From: Octopus vulgaris
Lineage: Eukaryota
Direction: 5' to 3'
Assembly: GCA_951406725.2 (NCBI GenBank)
Contig: OX597826.1
Location: forward strand, 73,780,001-73,844,000
DNA: 64,000 nt
Under the pieces are notes generated by a model, which was given only the letters and a program-made list of their open reading frames with translations, searched no databases and was not told the DNA's origin. This document shows positions 13,637 to 26,424 of this stretch, one piece after another. Numbering within the stretch: position 1 is the stretch's first letter; each line of letters begins with the position of its first letter. Position numbers and translations under genes: made by a program.

Positions 13637-14167
13637 GTACTTAATATAATTTCCGTGTTCTATTCAGTAGAACTGGTTTGTGAGTTTTTATATTTACTTG
13701 ATGTGTAAAGTGGTAAATTAGATATGGAAAAAAACCCCATAAAACTCCTGCATAAGAATCACATAGCCATTGACAAGGAACTAATTTAATTCTCGTTCTT
13801 AGAGCGACCGTGCCCATTTAGTGTGTAGCGCAGTTTTTCTCATGGCCAGACATCAGATGCTAAGTAAGTATACACGGCTCAAGCATTGATGACTGAGTTT
13901 GATCTCAGTATAGAAACTTAATGGCTTTAAGCTATTTATATTCCTATCATCAGTAACTCCATTCTTTATACAATATTAATTTAGATTTCAGTCACTCTTA
14001 ACAGCTTGTACTGTATTTGCTCTCCAGAGGACTTCATTCACTATTGCATTCAGCTGTTATATTTGGCAGTACAATCATCATCATCATTTAACACCCATGA
14101 GTTGGACGGTTTGACAGGAGGTGACAAGCCAGAGGAGAGTGCCAAGCTCTACTTTGGCAAGGTTTCT

Positions 14168-14576
14168 TATTTCTTTATTGCCCACAAGGAGACAAACAAG
14201 GACAGACAAACGGATTAAGTCGATTACATCGACCCCAGTGCGTAACGGGTACTTAATTTATCGACCCTGAAAGGATGAAAGGCAAAGTCGACTTCAACAG
14301 AATTTTGAACTCAGAACATAATGGTAGACGAAATACATATTTCTATTTCTTTACTACCCACAAAGGGCTAAACACAGAGAGGACAAACAAGGACAGACAA
14401 ACCAATTAAGTTGATTATATCGACCCCAGTGCGTAACTGGTACTTAATTTATCCACCCCGAAAGGATGAAAGGCAAAGTCAACCTTGGCGGAATTTCGAA
14501 CTCAGAACATAATGGTAGACGAAATACCCCTAAGCATTTCGCCCGACGAGCTAATGTTTCTGCCAGCTCACCGCCT
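14168..14576 (-). mobile_element. Dimeric SINE family B inserted in a family C element
   Basis: Two head-to-tail units; TSD ctactttggcaaggtttct at 14149-14167 and 14575-14593. Confidence 0.88.
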
Positions 14577-14706
14577 ACTTTGGCAAGGTTTCTGTGGGTG
14601 GATCCCTTTCCTAACACCAACCACTTTACACTGTTATAAGGTAATTATGGTGAATGCAAGAGAATAAATGGCGGTTAAAATGACGTATCACAAAGATGAA
14701 AGAGTC

Positions 14707-14956
14707 AATGGAAACACCTTAAAATTTCAAACAAATTTATTTTGACATGGAGTAGGACTGCCTTTGGCAGTATAATTACAGCTTGAATTCTATGAGGTTT
14801 GGACTCGTACAAAATTTGAATTGCTTCCAAAGGAATTTTTGCCCATTCTTCAGCTAAAACAGTCTCCAGTTCTTGTAGTGATCATGGTGGAGGATATCGA
14901 TTCCTTACTTGTTTTTCTAAAATGCACCATAAATGTTCAATAATATTGAGATCTGG
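14707..14956 (-). pseudogene. Tc1-family transposase C-terminal fragment
   Basis: Minus strand PDLNIIEHLWCILEKQVRNRYPPP*SLQELETVLAEEWAKIPLEAIQILYESKPHRIQAVI..AKGSPTP matches the SPDLNPIE.LW ... R..AVI.AKG.PT.Y motifs; contains a stop and a frameshift. Confidence 0.88.
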
Positions 14957-15277
14957 GTGGCCAGAAAGAAGAGGCAGCAATTTGCCAGTCACTGCTTGTA
15001 ACACACAAATTCACCCAGGAGCCAAGTCATTAACTAGGAACTCACCCATGGACGGATGAACTTGTAGGCTTTCCAAAACCTTGGTTAAAAGACCTTCTGG
15101 AGGATGGTGATACCAGAACTGCTGATGAATTTCAAACACGGATGATAAAACAGGATATTTGTCTGTGATTTATCTGAAGCAAATGCATATTCCAATTGAT
15201 AAATGCTAATGATCTTTTTCTGGAACAGGTGTATACAGACATATGTAGCAGACCAGCAATTCTGCTCCAATGTCTAC

Positions 15278-15580
15278 ATCATCATTATCATCATCATCAT
15301 TATCGTTTAACGTCTGTTTTCCATGCTAGCATGGGTTGGACGATTCGACCGGGGTCTAGGAAGCCAGGAGACTGCACCAGGCTCCAGTTTGATCTGGCAG
15401 TGTTTTTATGGCTGGATGCCCTTCCTAACGCCAACCACTCCATGAGTGTAGTGGGTGCTTTTTACGTGGCACCAGCACAGGTGCCAGGGGAGGCTGGCAA
15501 TGGCCACGATCAGTTGGTGCTTTTTACATGCCACTAGCACAGAAGCCAGTCAAGGCAGCACTGGCATCGGCCATGTGGCA
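15278..15580 (-). mobile_element. SINE/non-autonomous family C with RTE-like 3' end and (GAT)n tail
   Basis: catcat...cgtttaacgtctgttttccatgctagcatgggttggacg...ctggatgcccttcctaacgccaaccactcc is shared with copies at 34165, 39507 and 63497. Confidence 0.85.
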
Positions 15581-16529
15581 GAGTTTAAGCCTGACAAAAA
15601 AGATATAACCTTGTTGAAAGATCATAGAATAAGCCATGATTTCAAGAGATGTAGTTCTCCAAGCGATTCTGCTGGGTTCTTGTGTTTAGTCTAGATTTCA
15701 GTTGATGTCTGTCCTCACATTCCATCTTGAATATTTTCAGGAATACTTAACTGCTATTAGAATGTTTCATTAGGTTCAGCGACCTCTTGGTAATGTTTAG
15801 GTTACTTTCCCTATATTTTTCAATTGAGGTGATTGTATTGATTAATAAAAAAAGACAAACAGCTGAAACAAAAGGTGTGTGTTCAGTCATACATGAGTTA
15901 GACAAATGTGGCTGATACTCAGGTTCCAACAGTTGAGTTGATTATCATAAACACCTCTAAGCTGATTTTGTGCGTATTCAGCATATAGGCCTGTCTCCAT
16001 TCAAATTAATTAGCGGTGTTGGAGAGAACAAGAGTGCATCAATCAATCAATAGCAAAAATCTGCACACTTTCAATTATTCAAAATAGCAAAATTGATGGA
16101 CACACATACACACCAATTTTGCGGATGGACAGAGTGTGATGTCAAAGACAGGTTCTGGGATAATTAACGTCTCCTCACAGCTACAGAAGTTATAGGCCAT
16201 CCATTCATTCTCACTCTGCCAGACATTTTCCACTCACCATGTCAGTTTCTGATTTTATCTTTTATTACCTGTAAGGTAGCAAATACAGCAACCGATGCAC
16301 TCATGCCAATAGTTACTGACCGCAGCAAGTTCAATTAGATGACCCGCTGTGAGTTCATCCATTTTATTATGCAGGTTTTATTTATATTCTTGCTGTCTTC
16401 TTCAGTTGGCCTCTTTTAACGATGGATGGACTTTAGGACTGAGAGTAAAGAATACATGGTTAGCAGTAGCAAGAAGCGATTTGGTTTCATCTGACAACAC
16501 AAACTCTCATCCATAGATACACCGTTTCC

Positions 16530-16897
16530 ACACATACACAGCTACACACACCTACTCTCTCTCTCTCTCAATATACTCACATATACTTTCATATGCTACA
16601 TCCTCCCTTCCTCTCTCTTTCTCTCTACACACACAAACACGCATGCGCATACACACACTCACACATGCATACATACACACACAGAAACACACATGCACAC
16701 ACACACAAACACATACACATACACACACGCACACAGAAACATGCCTGTAAATACACACACTCACACACACAGAAACACACATGGACACATACGCACACAG
16801 AAAACATGCCTGCAAATACACACACTCACACACATGCACACGCATACACACACACGCACAGAAACATGCCTGTAAATACACACACACTCACACACAC
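16530..16897. repeat. (CA)-rich degenerate minisatellite
   Basis: Repeated motif cagaaacatgcctg(t/c)aaatacacacact embedded in (CA)n. Confidence 0.85.
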
Positions 16898-18198
16898 TTC
16901 CATATTCCAACATCCAAAACTGCCTTTTCTCTCCCTCTCCACACTCGCATACTATTACACACTGTTAAAAGATGTGCAGAGCATAGCACTGAAAAAAAAA
17001 AAAAAGACCCAGAAAATTAAGTGAACGTGTGAACAAAAAATTTATTAAGAAACAGAAAAATAAATTCAGTCTGAAAGTACAAAATTGAGAGTCATTCACT
17101 TCGTTGTGTGATATTCCATTTATTAATTAAATATTTTTGTATTTTACTCCTTGATGGGATTTCAGTGAAGTTGTGTTGGTTAATACAAGAATTGTATCAT
17201 TTGATTCTAGATGGTTCCGACTGTATTAGCCCTATTATAAAGCTGTTAGCTGTGCATACAAGCTAGTGCAATCTGGTATTTCACCACTATATCACCTCTC
17301 ACTGTCTTCTTTACTATCCACCACCCTTTATAGATTTTTGGCTGGATATGTGTGTATTATAACAGTTACTGCTGTCAGAAAGTAAGACAGGAGTAAATGG
17401 AGACCAATGTGTGTGTACATGTATGTGTATGAATGTGTGTCTGTGTGTGTGTATGAATGTGTGCCTCTGTGTGTGTGTGTGTGTGTGTGTGTGTAACAAG
17501 GCCACCAGTGGCAATATAGCAGCTAATAGTTTCATTGTAAGAAGACTTAAGTGCAATGTGTGGCTTGGCTTTCCTTTTACCACATATCTGACTTGCCTAC
17601 CTATATCTCCCTACCACCATCCCTTTCACACCTCTTTCGGTCTTTATTGTGTGAAGAAGGAGAAAAAGAAAGAAAAAACCCAATAAAAAAACATTGAGTA
17701 GTGATATAATGATGTTAAAAAAATCTCAGTGTTATAGACAGATTGGTAAATATACTCCAAGCTTTTAACATGTTAAAATGGTTTGTGACAATCACCACCA
17801 CCATCATCATCACCATCATCAAAATCATTTTAATGACTATTTGCACCCTGATATCATAGATTGAATATGTCTTTGATACAGAAAATGTCTGGATGTCACT
17901 CACTCCTATGACATCTCATCTGTAACACTCAATATTTTCTGACCTGACCTAAATTGTCCCAAAGCCTTCTTCTATGTTCTACCTCAACCTTCCTTTACCA
18001 ACTCAGTACTTTTTCACCCACTACAAATAATCCATTCACATCAAATTCTATTTATCTCCTCCGTTATACATCTCTCACAACATGCTTTTCTGCTTTTGCT
18101 AACTGTTTACTTTGTGAAAACACTTGCATTCAACCATTTTTCAGTTTAATACTTTATTAGCCCCTATCCTTACAGATTTTTACTTACTTAAGCCTTAT

Positions 18199-18840
18199 CA
18201 GGGCCAGATTAAGACTAATAGAGACCCTAAGCACTTCAAAGATTTTGGTGCCACCGTATATATAATTCAAAATATAAGCAGTAATAAACTATAAAATATA
18301 TTTCAATTTTTCAAAATGGAACAAAACTAAGAGTAAGATGGAAAATAATGTTTATTTCTATGTATTTCCACTTTATTTATATTTGAAAAGTTTTCTCTTA
18401 CTCCTTTTTAAGTGCAAAGTCTTTGATCAGATCCTCTCTATGACACCATAGTCTTTGCTGGACATTGTTGTAGAGCTGAAAACGAGGTAATTTCTACTCT
18501 TTTCCTCTGGAAGCCAACTGCTCGCGATACCAGAGGGCACACACTCTCCTACCCTGATGTAATCTCCAGGGATACAAGCATCCAGCAACAGGACCTCCGT
18601 AATGCTATGATGGACCTTGAAGTCTGGCGTAACATAGTAAATTCCATTGTCTCGACCACGGTCGAACAATGATCATGACGACACCATGAACACTTCAAAA
18701 TTATATTCCCATTCATATAAACCATTTGGAATATTATTTTAGCAAGATTAAAGTGATTTCTTTTGTGCCATTAGTCATTTACCATTTCTCTGGTGCCTCC
18801 CTAAACACATGCTTAGTTTGCTTTATGCTTAATGCAGCCC
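18199..18840. mobile_element. Degenerate hAT-like non-autonomous element carrying a nested LINE fragment
   Basis: Imperfect TIRs cagggccagattaag / cttaatgcagccc; no clear TSD. Confidence 0.45.
18451..18682 (+). mobile_element. RTE/RTE-X LINE 3' end
   Basis: FAGHCCRAENEVISTLFLWKPTARDTRGHTLSYPDVISRDTSIQQQDLRNAMMDLEVWRNIVNSIVSTTVEQ* followed by a (TGA)-like tail; typical AGH..R...L.W.P...MDR..WR C-terminus. Confidence 0.8.
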
Positions 18841-18844
18841 CAAT

Positions 18845-19160
18845 CCCTTTGTTCCGTATGGAGCATAGGACATTAATAATTTTTCTCTGCTCAATAATTT
18901 TTCTCCTCTCCCAAGTCTTGTTGGTTTTGAATTGTCCTCAATGCTTCTGTAACTTAGATTTTTTACTTCCAGGTAAGGCTGTTGGCCATACACAAACCCA
19001 TTTTTACCTCTGGGAAGAGGTGGTCCATATTAGTCTGGCCTCTACCCTTTGACCTATCCAGCATGAAAGGCTCTGCCAGGAGCTTATGCTCTGGTATCTT
19101 GGCTCTGAGTCATTGAGGCACCTGAAACCACCTCATCACAACAAAGACTAAACCTTGAGG
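18845..19160 (-). mobile_element. Short bipartite RTE derivative (RTE-like 5' UTR fused to RTE-like 3' end)
   Basis: Minus strand begins ctttgttgtgatgaggtggtttcaggtgcctcaatgactcagagc...catgctggataggtcaaagggtagaggccagac and ends cctatgctccatacggaacaaaggg; both resemble RTE termini. Confidence 0.55.
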
Positions 19161-19861
19161 AAGATAGTTCCATACTCACCATTATACAATAACATACATC
19201 TTTCTTCAACCTATCATTAATGAAATAGCCTGTGGGGGGGGGGAGTCTTTCATCAACCTGCTGGAAATATCAGTCAAATCTCCCTCAAATGACACCCTGC
19301 CATCTTGTAAAGAGAGGGAGGGCACATGATGGATAAAATAGTCCTTGATATGTAATGTCTGAGAGAAAGACAGTGAATATGGCTGGAATATTTTCATCCT
19401 AGGCTTTGCTTAGTCAGGACTAAACAACAATAGCAGGCATAGTCCTCTGCCTTCACTACAATACAATATCATACATCTTATATTGTATAATCTGCCACTT
19501 ATATAGAAAAAGGAACATTTCGTTGAACAATGTACTTAATAGATAATTAAACTTCTGATAATTAAATTACAATTTTCACAAAGTGAAGAGAATTGAAAAT
19601 TCAATAAATGATAAACAAAACTGCAGAATAACCAGAATATTTATAGTCTATATTGGTCAATAAATTATTGAAGTTGTGATAAGCTATAGAAACCATTATA
19701 AATGGTAAATATGACACAAGGTTTCAATTTCCATGTCAAGAATATGATGCACACAGAAGTGATGAATGTTACAAAATAAACTCAAAGGACTTCATGTCAC
19801 TGAGATGAAGATGAGCACAGTGTTCTATGAGCTTGCTGAGTGTTATACAAACATTTGTAAC

Positions 19862-20023
19862 TATATATATATATATTTTTTTTTTTCTCTCTCCTTGTTT
19901 CTTTCTGTGGAAGAGCGTAGGCTCGAAACGTAAAAGAGTTTTTCTATTCCTGAGCATTATACTAATACATCTGTTTGTTTCGTACACCACCTGTCTTCGT
20001 CTTTTGTTTTTTTAGTAAACTCT

Positions 20024-20027
<4 letters not shown>
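19862..20027 (+). mobile_element. Penelope-like terminal fragment with variant hammerhead-like motif
   Basis: 19900-19937 reads tcttt-CTGTGGAA-gagc(gtag)gctc-GAAA-cg-TA-aaaga; flanked by (TA)n on both sides. Confidence 0.5.
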
Positions 20028-20098
<71 letters not shown>

Positions 20099-20517
20099 CA
20101 TCGTCATCATTTAAAGTACTGGCAACGGCCATGCTCAAACGGTGTCTTTTATGTGCCACCTGCACAGGAGCCAATCCAGTGGCACTGGCAACGACCTCAC
20201 TCGAATGTTTTTTCATGTGCCAGTAAGGTGATGCTGGTAACACATCTTTTTTCACAATATTCCCTCTTTTCCAACTAGTGCATCCTTGTATTTCCTCTAC
20301 ATCAAGGCACATATCTTGTCCCTCTTTCATACTCTTTAACCTTTCATCACCTGGCACAAAGCCACCTCCCTTAATATTACACCTCAGTTAAGGGGTCTTT
20401 GTCTTGCAAGTTGCTCGGTGACCTCACTGGTGCTGGTGCTATGTAAAATTCACCCAACATCCTACTTCATTTGTCTTACATTAAATTATAACTTATGAAA
20501 AAAATATGTAGGATACA

Positions 20518-21346
20518 GGTTTCAAATTTTGGCACAAGGCCAGTAATTTTGAAGGACAGAGTAAGTTGATTATATCGACCCCAGTATAAGGTGGCAAGCT
20601 GGCAGAAATATTAGCATGCCGGGCGAAATGCGTAGCTGTATTTCATCTGCCGCTACGTTCTGAGTTCAAATTCTGCTGAGGTCAACTTTGCCTTTCATCC
20701 TTTCGGGGTCGATGAATTAAGTACCAGTTACGCCCTGGGATCGATATAATCAACTTAATCCATTTGTCTGTTCTTGTTTGTCCTCTCTGTGTTTAGCCCC
20801 TTGTGGGTAGTAAAGAAATAGGTATTTCGTCTGCCGTTACGTTCTGAGTTCAAATTTTGCCGAGGTCGACTTTGCCTTTCATCCTTTCGGGGTCGATAAA
20901 TTAAGTACTAGTTACGCACTGTCGATACAATCGACTTAATCTGTTTGTCTGTTCTTGTTTGTCCTCTCTGTGTTTAGCCCCTTGTGGGTAGTAAAGAAAT
21001 AGGTATTTCGTCTGCCGTTACGTTCTGAGTTCAAATTCTGCCGAGGTCGACTTTGCCTTTCATCCTTTTGGGGTCGATAAATTAAGTTACCAGTTGCACA
21101 CTGGGGTCGATGTAATCGACTTAATCCGTTTGTCTGTTCTTGTTTGTCCCCTCTGTGTTTAGCCCCTTGTGGGTAGTAAAGAAACATACATCGACACCAG
21201 TATGTAACTGGTACTTATTTTACCAACCCTGTAAGGATGAAAAGTAAAGTCAACCTCAGCAGAATCTGGCCTCAATGTAAAGATGATCAAAATGCCACTA
21301 AGCAAATTTGCCCAGCGTATTAATGATTCTGCCAGCTTGCCGCCTT
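20518..21346 (-). mobile_element. SINE family B copy split by an oppositely oriented family B trimer
   Basis: The halves 20518-20587 and 21187-21346 join into one element; approximate TSD tatatcgaccccagtat / tacatcgacaccagtat. Confidence 0.8.
20588..21186 (+). mobile_element. SINE family B trimer (one full unit plus two ~181-bp headless units)
   Basis: Units restart at ggtatttcgtctgccgttacgttctgag (20821, 21002) directly after the tail aaagaaata. Confidence 0.9.
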
Positions 21347-21696
21347 AAAACTATGTAGGATATTAATAATAATAATAATGATGAAAATGATGAATTTCCT
21401 AATGCAGAAACACAGACAGGGTTTTACATCTTATTCTCTAGTGTTTTGTTTATCAATGGTGCCTTGACAAATGGAAAGCTGGTAATAGATGTATCTCGTT
21501 TTTTTTTCATCGAGCATGCTGACAAAATGATGTTATAGGAAAGGGCTAAGAACGGTTATAGGATGCCACTCTTGGGCATATGCTTGTGTGTGTGTGTGTA
21601 TGTGTGTATGTGTGTGTGTGTGGTTTTGCATTGATTGATGAAATAAGAAACAAAACATATTAAAAAAGAAAATTCACCAAGACTACCATTAGTTCT

Positions 21697-21705
21697 CCAC
21701 TACTA

Positions 21706-21760
<55 letters not shown>

Positions 21761-21849
21761 CACTACCACCACCACCACCACCACCACTACTACCACCACC
21801 ACCACCACTACTACTTCTAAAACTACTGCCAATACCACCACTGCTGCTG

Positions 21850-21889
<40 letters not shown>

Positions 21890-22022
21890 CACCACCACCA
21901 CCAGTACCTTTATACTGCTGCTGCCACCACTACCACCACCACAACCACCACCACCACTACTTCTAAAACTACTGCCAATACCATAACCACCACCACCACC
22001 ACTACTGCTGCTGTTACTACTG

Positions 22023-22086
<64 letters not shown>

Positions 22087-22110
22087 CACCACCGCCACTA
22101 CTATTATTAT
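21697..22110. repeat. (ACT)n/(ACC)n trinucleotide tract with internal duplication
   Basis: Read directly; the spacer ctacttctaaaactactgccaatacca occurs twice (about 21810 and 21957). Source of the poly-S/G/V ORFs. Confidence 0.95.
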
Positions 22111-22434
22111 TATATCTATGGCATGGTATTTCTTTAAAAATGAAGTATGGTATTATATAGAACGGCAATGCACTTCATAAAGATGGCATGAGCTTTAAAA
22201 GGTTAAGAAGCACTGTTTTGCAGCCTCTTCTTTCATCTTTTTTTTACATTATGCAATGGATTCCTTACGATGCATTCCTCATGGCAAGCTGCAGCAGTGG
22301 GATGGAAACGGTAATTCTGGATTCATTGTCTGTCAATTGAGACTGGGTGATTTGTCACTTACTGCTTTGCATAACAGTAGCATTCACAGATGATGCTGAT
22401 GATGATGATGATGACGATGGTGGTGGTGGTCATA

Positions 22435-22467
<33 letters not shown>

Positions 22468-23624
22468 CTATCGAGAAGCATCTTTTATTTAGCAGCAAAC
22501 AACTGAATGCAGGGAAACCATTGCACTATGCTTAGATCTAATGCAGTTCTCGTGCAGGAAATAATCAACTAAAAATATTGCTACAGTACAAATACAACAT
22601 GGTGATTATTGAGAAAAAAAAAAATTAAAATATAATGATAATAATAATAATAATAATAATAATAAGTAAATAAATATATAAATATAAACGTTTGTGTCAG
22701 TACCAGGGAAAATACTTTTAGATTAACTGAGGTATATTTATTTATAGAAACTAAAGCTAAAAAAACTTAATATTTATGTAAATATTTTGTCAGTATCTAG
22801 ATTTGTTTGCTTGTTTGTTTATTGATGATGTTGTTGTTTTGTTGTTAAATATTTTTCAGTTGCAAGAAATATTTCATAATGTGTAACAATATTTTTCTCT
22901 TGAGAATTTTTCCAGTGAAGTAAGATGAAAGAGGAGGTGGAGGGTAGGGCAAGGTGAGAGGAATGAACCACAATAGCAGCAGAATGGATGAGGAATATGG
23001 TGCATTCAAAAGAAAGAATGAGAGAGACAAAGAGAGAGAGAGACTAGTATAGTGTAATGTGACTTTGTAGAAGACACATAATTACACAATACACAAATGT
23101 AAAATGTTTGATGAAGAGAAAGAAAAAAGGACACTTGGGAAATAAATATGATACAGTGGTTGATATGAATTTATTAAACAGAAAAGCATTGAAGAATTTT
23201 TAAAGAATGAAAAATTATGGAGACGAAATTGAGAGCTGAAGAAAAGCAAAGCTTCACAAAGAGTTCATCAAATATAGAGAGCTGAATGAATAGGAGGTCG
23301 ACAATAGTACTGAACGCGTCATAAAACTGATCAGATATGAATTGGGTTGTGTAGCCACAATGGTAATCTCCTCGATAAAATGTAAAACATTTAAGATGAT
23401 ATTCAAACTTGTAATAAGATGATGCTAAATGTTTTGTGTTAGAAATTAACTAGAAGCCGTCTTCTTTTAAAGAACAAAAGTGAAATTTAGTGTAAATTTA
23501 CACTGAATATCAGATATACATTTATGATGGAACAGTAAATGTAAAAGGTGAAACCATATTAGAGTATATTCTATTCTAATTCTAATAGCATTGCTGCATA
23601 TCTCAACCATCTTAATTTGCAATT

Positions 23625-23660
<36 letters not shown>

Positions 23661-26029
23661 CTTTTCTATCCTTGTATGATTTGGATGGAGTTTATTGAGG
23701 CAAATTTTCTATGGCTAGAAGTAGAGGCTTAAATTTAACAGATTTAAAAATATAATAAATAAAATAGGAAAAAAAAGACTTGACACTTGGACAATCATAT
23801 ACATTTGCAAAATGGGTGTTTATATTACAAATAAAGCCGAGAAAAATTTAATGACAAAAGCCACAATATATAGTAATAAAGATTGGACAGGATCAATTCT
23901 CAGAAAAACCATAACATAACCCAAGTATATCACCAAAGATATTGTTCTGTCTCTGTGTTGCCTAAGGAAGTCATCCAGAAGAGGATACAGAAGAGAATGG
24001 CTTGCCCCTGCATCTAAAAAATAAAAAAAGATGGAAGTGCTTTCTATATGCATTCAAAATAGTTGGCCAATGTGTAGAATGATGTATGACCCATAGACCA
24101 GAGTAGAGTGTATGGGAGTGTATAACTTATGTTTAAGACAGAGAACAAGTCAGGAAAACAGGTGGTGCTTGGGCTCCACATACCTGTTGATAGGCTGATG
24201 TTGTAGTATATGGAGAGACAAAAGATAAGAGTCACAACCAGAAGATATCAGTACAAGATTCAATCTTTAGATGGTCATCACATTTGTGGTTCTGTACAAG
24301 TAAGTGATGAGCATAGAGGAAACATGCAACATCAGTATGATTCATTGGTGTTTTCTTGGATATGTAAGGTTTGGTGAACCCCAATGACCACAAAACTATA
24401 CTAGAGCTGTACCCCATTGTTGAGACAGAAAGGAAAGCAATCAGATTAAAAGTGCAGAACAGAAAGGGCAGTTGCTACATGTACAGCAAGAGTCACTTCC
24501 GGGTTTTCTGTGCAGAGAAGTGAGAAAAATGGAGAAGAAAAGTGAGAAGTAGACAGCAGTTGGCCACAGAAACCACTGTTTACAAAGTACCACTGGTTGC
24601 AGCTCCAAAGATGGTAAAAGAAATGACCTCATCTTCAGGGCCAGAAGCTGATGGCTAGGAAACTGAGGGGTCCCTTACCCCTGCCAAAACCAACAGTATG
24701 ACCCAATGATGATGCAATAATGGGAAATAAATTAAGGTTGGAGAGGGGTAGAAAATTTTGTGGGGACAGTAAGAAAGGGAAAACAAACAAGACACTCTTG
24801 GGTGGATTGAAATGTGTGGCCCTTGGAATCACTGATGAAGATGCCGAACAATTTATGAAGAGAAGGCTGATTGAAAAGTGCTCCAATTTTGTGGGGATAT
24901 TTGGATAGTAGACTGATAGAGAAAAGCACATTAGCAGTTTATATACCAGTGCTAAAAACTATCAAGGAAACATGAGAGTACTTTCATACCACCAAACTCT
25001 GAAGATGTTCACTGATATCTTAGGGAGCAGCAGATTTCAGTATCAGGAGCAAAAGGTGATTGGAGTTGTAGGGTGTTCTAATTTAATGTGGACACCACCT
25101 AGATGATAGCCCCTCAGGTGTGCATGAGGGGGTCACCCTGTTTGTATTTATGCATTTATAATTACACATATATGTATATGTCTGCATTTATATATATATA
25201 TATAAAAAGGATGTCTTATAAAACTGTTCCACACGTACAATAACAACCATACAAACAATCCAACATACCCCCATCATCAGCTGCCCCACAGACATCATTA
25301 TGGTTTCAACACCTGGACAGTACCATTCAATCTGGTGGTATCAACAGCACTAAAATAAGTGTTGTTTGGGAACAAACACACCTCAGACATCACCACGTTC
25401 ATTCAATCTTAATTCTAGGAACGATTAAACTAACATTAATGATTAAACTACAACAAAGAAACCACATCTATCCTAAGTACAAAAACAGTATCAGTAAATC
25501 GATAATTCTGTATGTTCCTTGTGTATTGTCAGTATTTTATTTTTATTTAATTTGCATCTACATTTTTAATGTTATAATATATTGCATGGTGCTTTTGTCC
25601 CAGTCATCCATTTTAATATAAATACGCATGAATGTATGAGTTCTTGTGGTAAAGACATAAATTTTGTGATAAAAAATGAAGAATAAATAAATAAACAAAT
25701 CACTTTCTTGAAATATTCAAAAAGTAAGTGTTCATTCAAGGACAGAACTGATATACTGTTAATTAATCTTCAAACAAGATCAATACACGTGTAATTTATA
25801 TTAAATCAAAATTGTTACACCTTTACCTTAAAAATAACATCAAATGATATAATTATTTAACTTGACTATTTAGAGGGTAAATGAGTACAAAAAACAATGG
25901 TAATCAATGGGGAAAATTGAACAAGATATCAAGGAGCTTAGCTGGTATCATTGTTAACAATAAACTACAATTTAAAGACAGTCCTCAATCGAACCGTCCA
26001 ACCCATGCCAGCATGTGTAATATATATGT

Positions 26030-26424
26030 AGGTGCAGGAGTGGCTGTGTGGTAAGTAGCTTGCTAAACAACCACATGGTTCCGGGTTCAGTCCCACTGCG
26101 TGGCATCTTGGGCAAGTGTCTTCTGCTATAGCCCCGGGCCGACCAATGCCTTGTGACTGGATTTGGTAGATGGAAACTGAAAGAAGCCTGTCGTATATAT
26201 GTATATATATATATGTGTGTGTCTGTGTTTGTCCCCCTAGCATTGATTGACAACCGATGCTGGTGTGTTTACGTCCCCGTCACTTAGCAGTTCGGCAAAA
26301 GAGACTGATAGAATAAGTACTGGGCTTACAAAGAATAAGTCCTGGGGTCGATTTGCTCGACTAAAGGCGGTGCTCCAGCATGGCCGCAGTCAAATGGCTG
26401 AAACAAGTAAAAGAGTAAAAGAGT
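26030..26424 (+). mobile_element. SINE family A, full length
   Basis: Head aggtgcaggagtggctgtgtggtaag, gggttcagtccc, internal (TA)(TG) tract, tail aaacaagtaaaagagtaaaagag. Confidence 0.92.

Noticed and set aside
16020-16520. Possible further Tc1 catalytic-domain remnant on the minus strand
   Set aside because: Only a weak SDETK-like match; too degraded to support.
21689-22168. 159-aa poly-Ser/Gly/Val ORF and similar YIYI/VCVC/HTHT ORFs throughout
   Set aside because: These are translations of microsatellites, with no coding signal or splice context.
23900-25060. Purine-rich stretch resembling a decayed retroelement ORF1
   Set aside because: No recognisable motif could be recovered in any frame.
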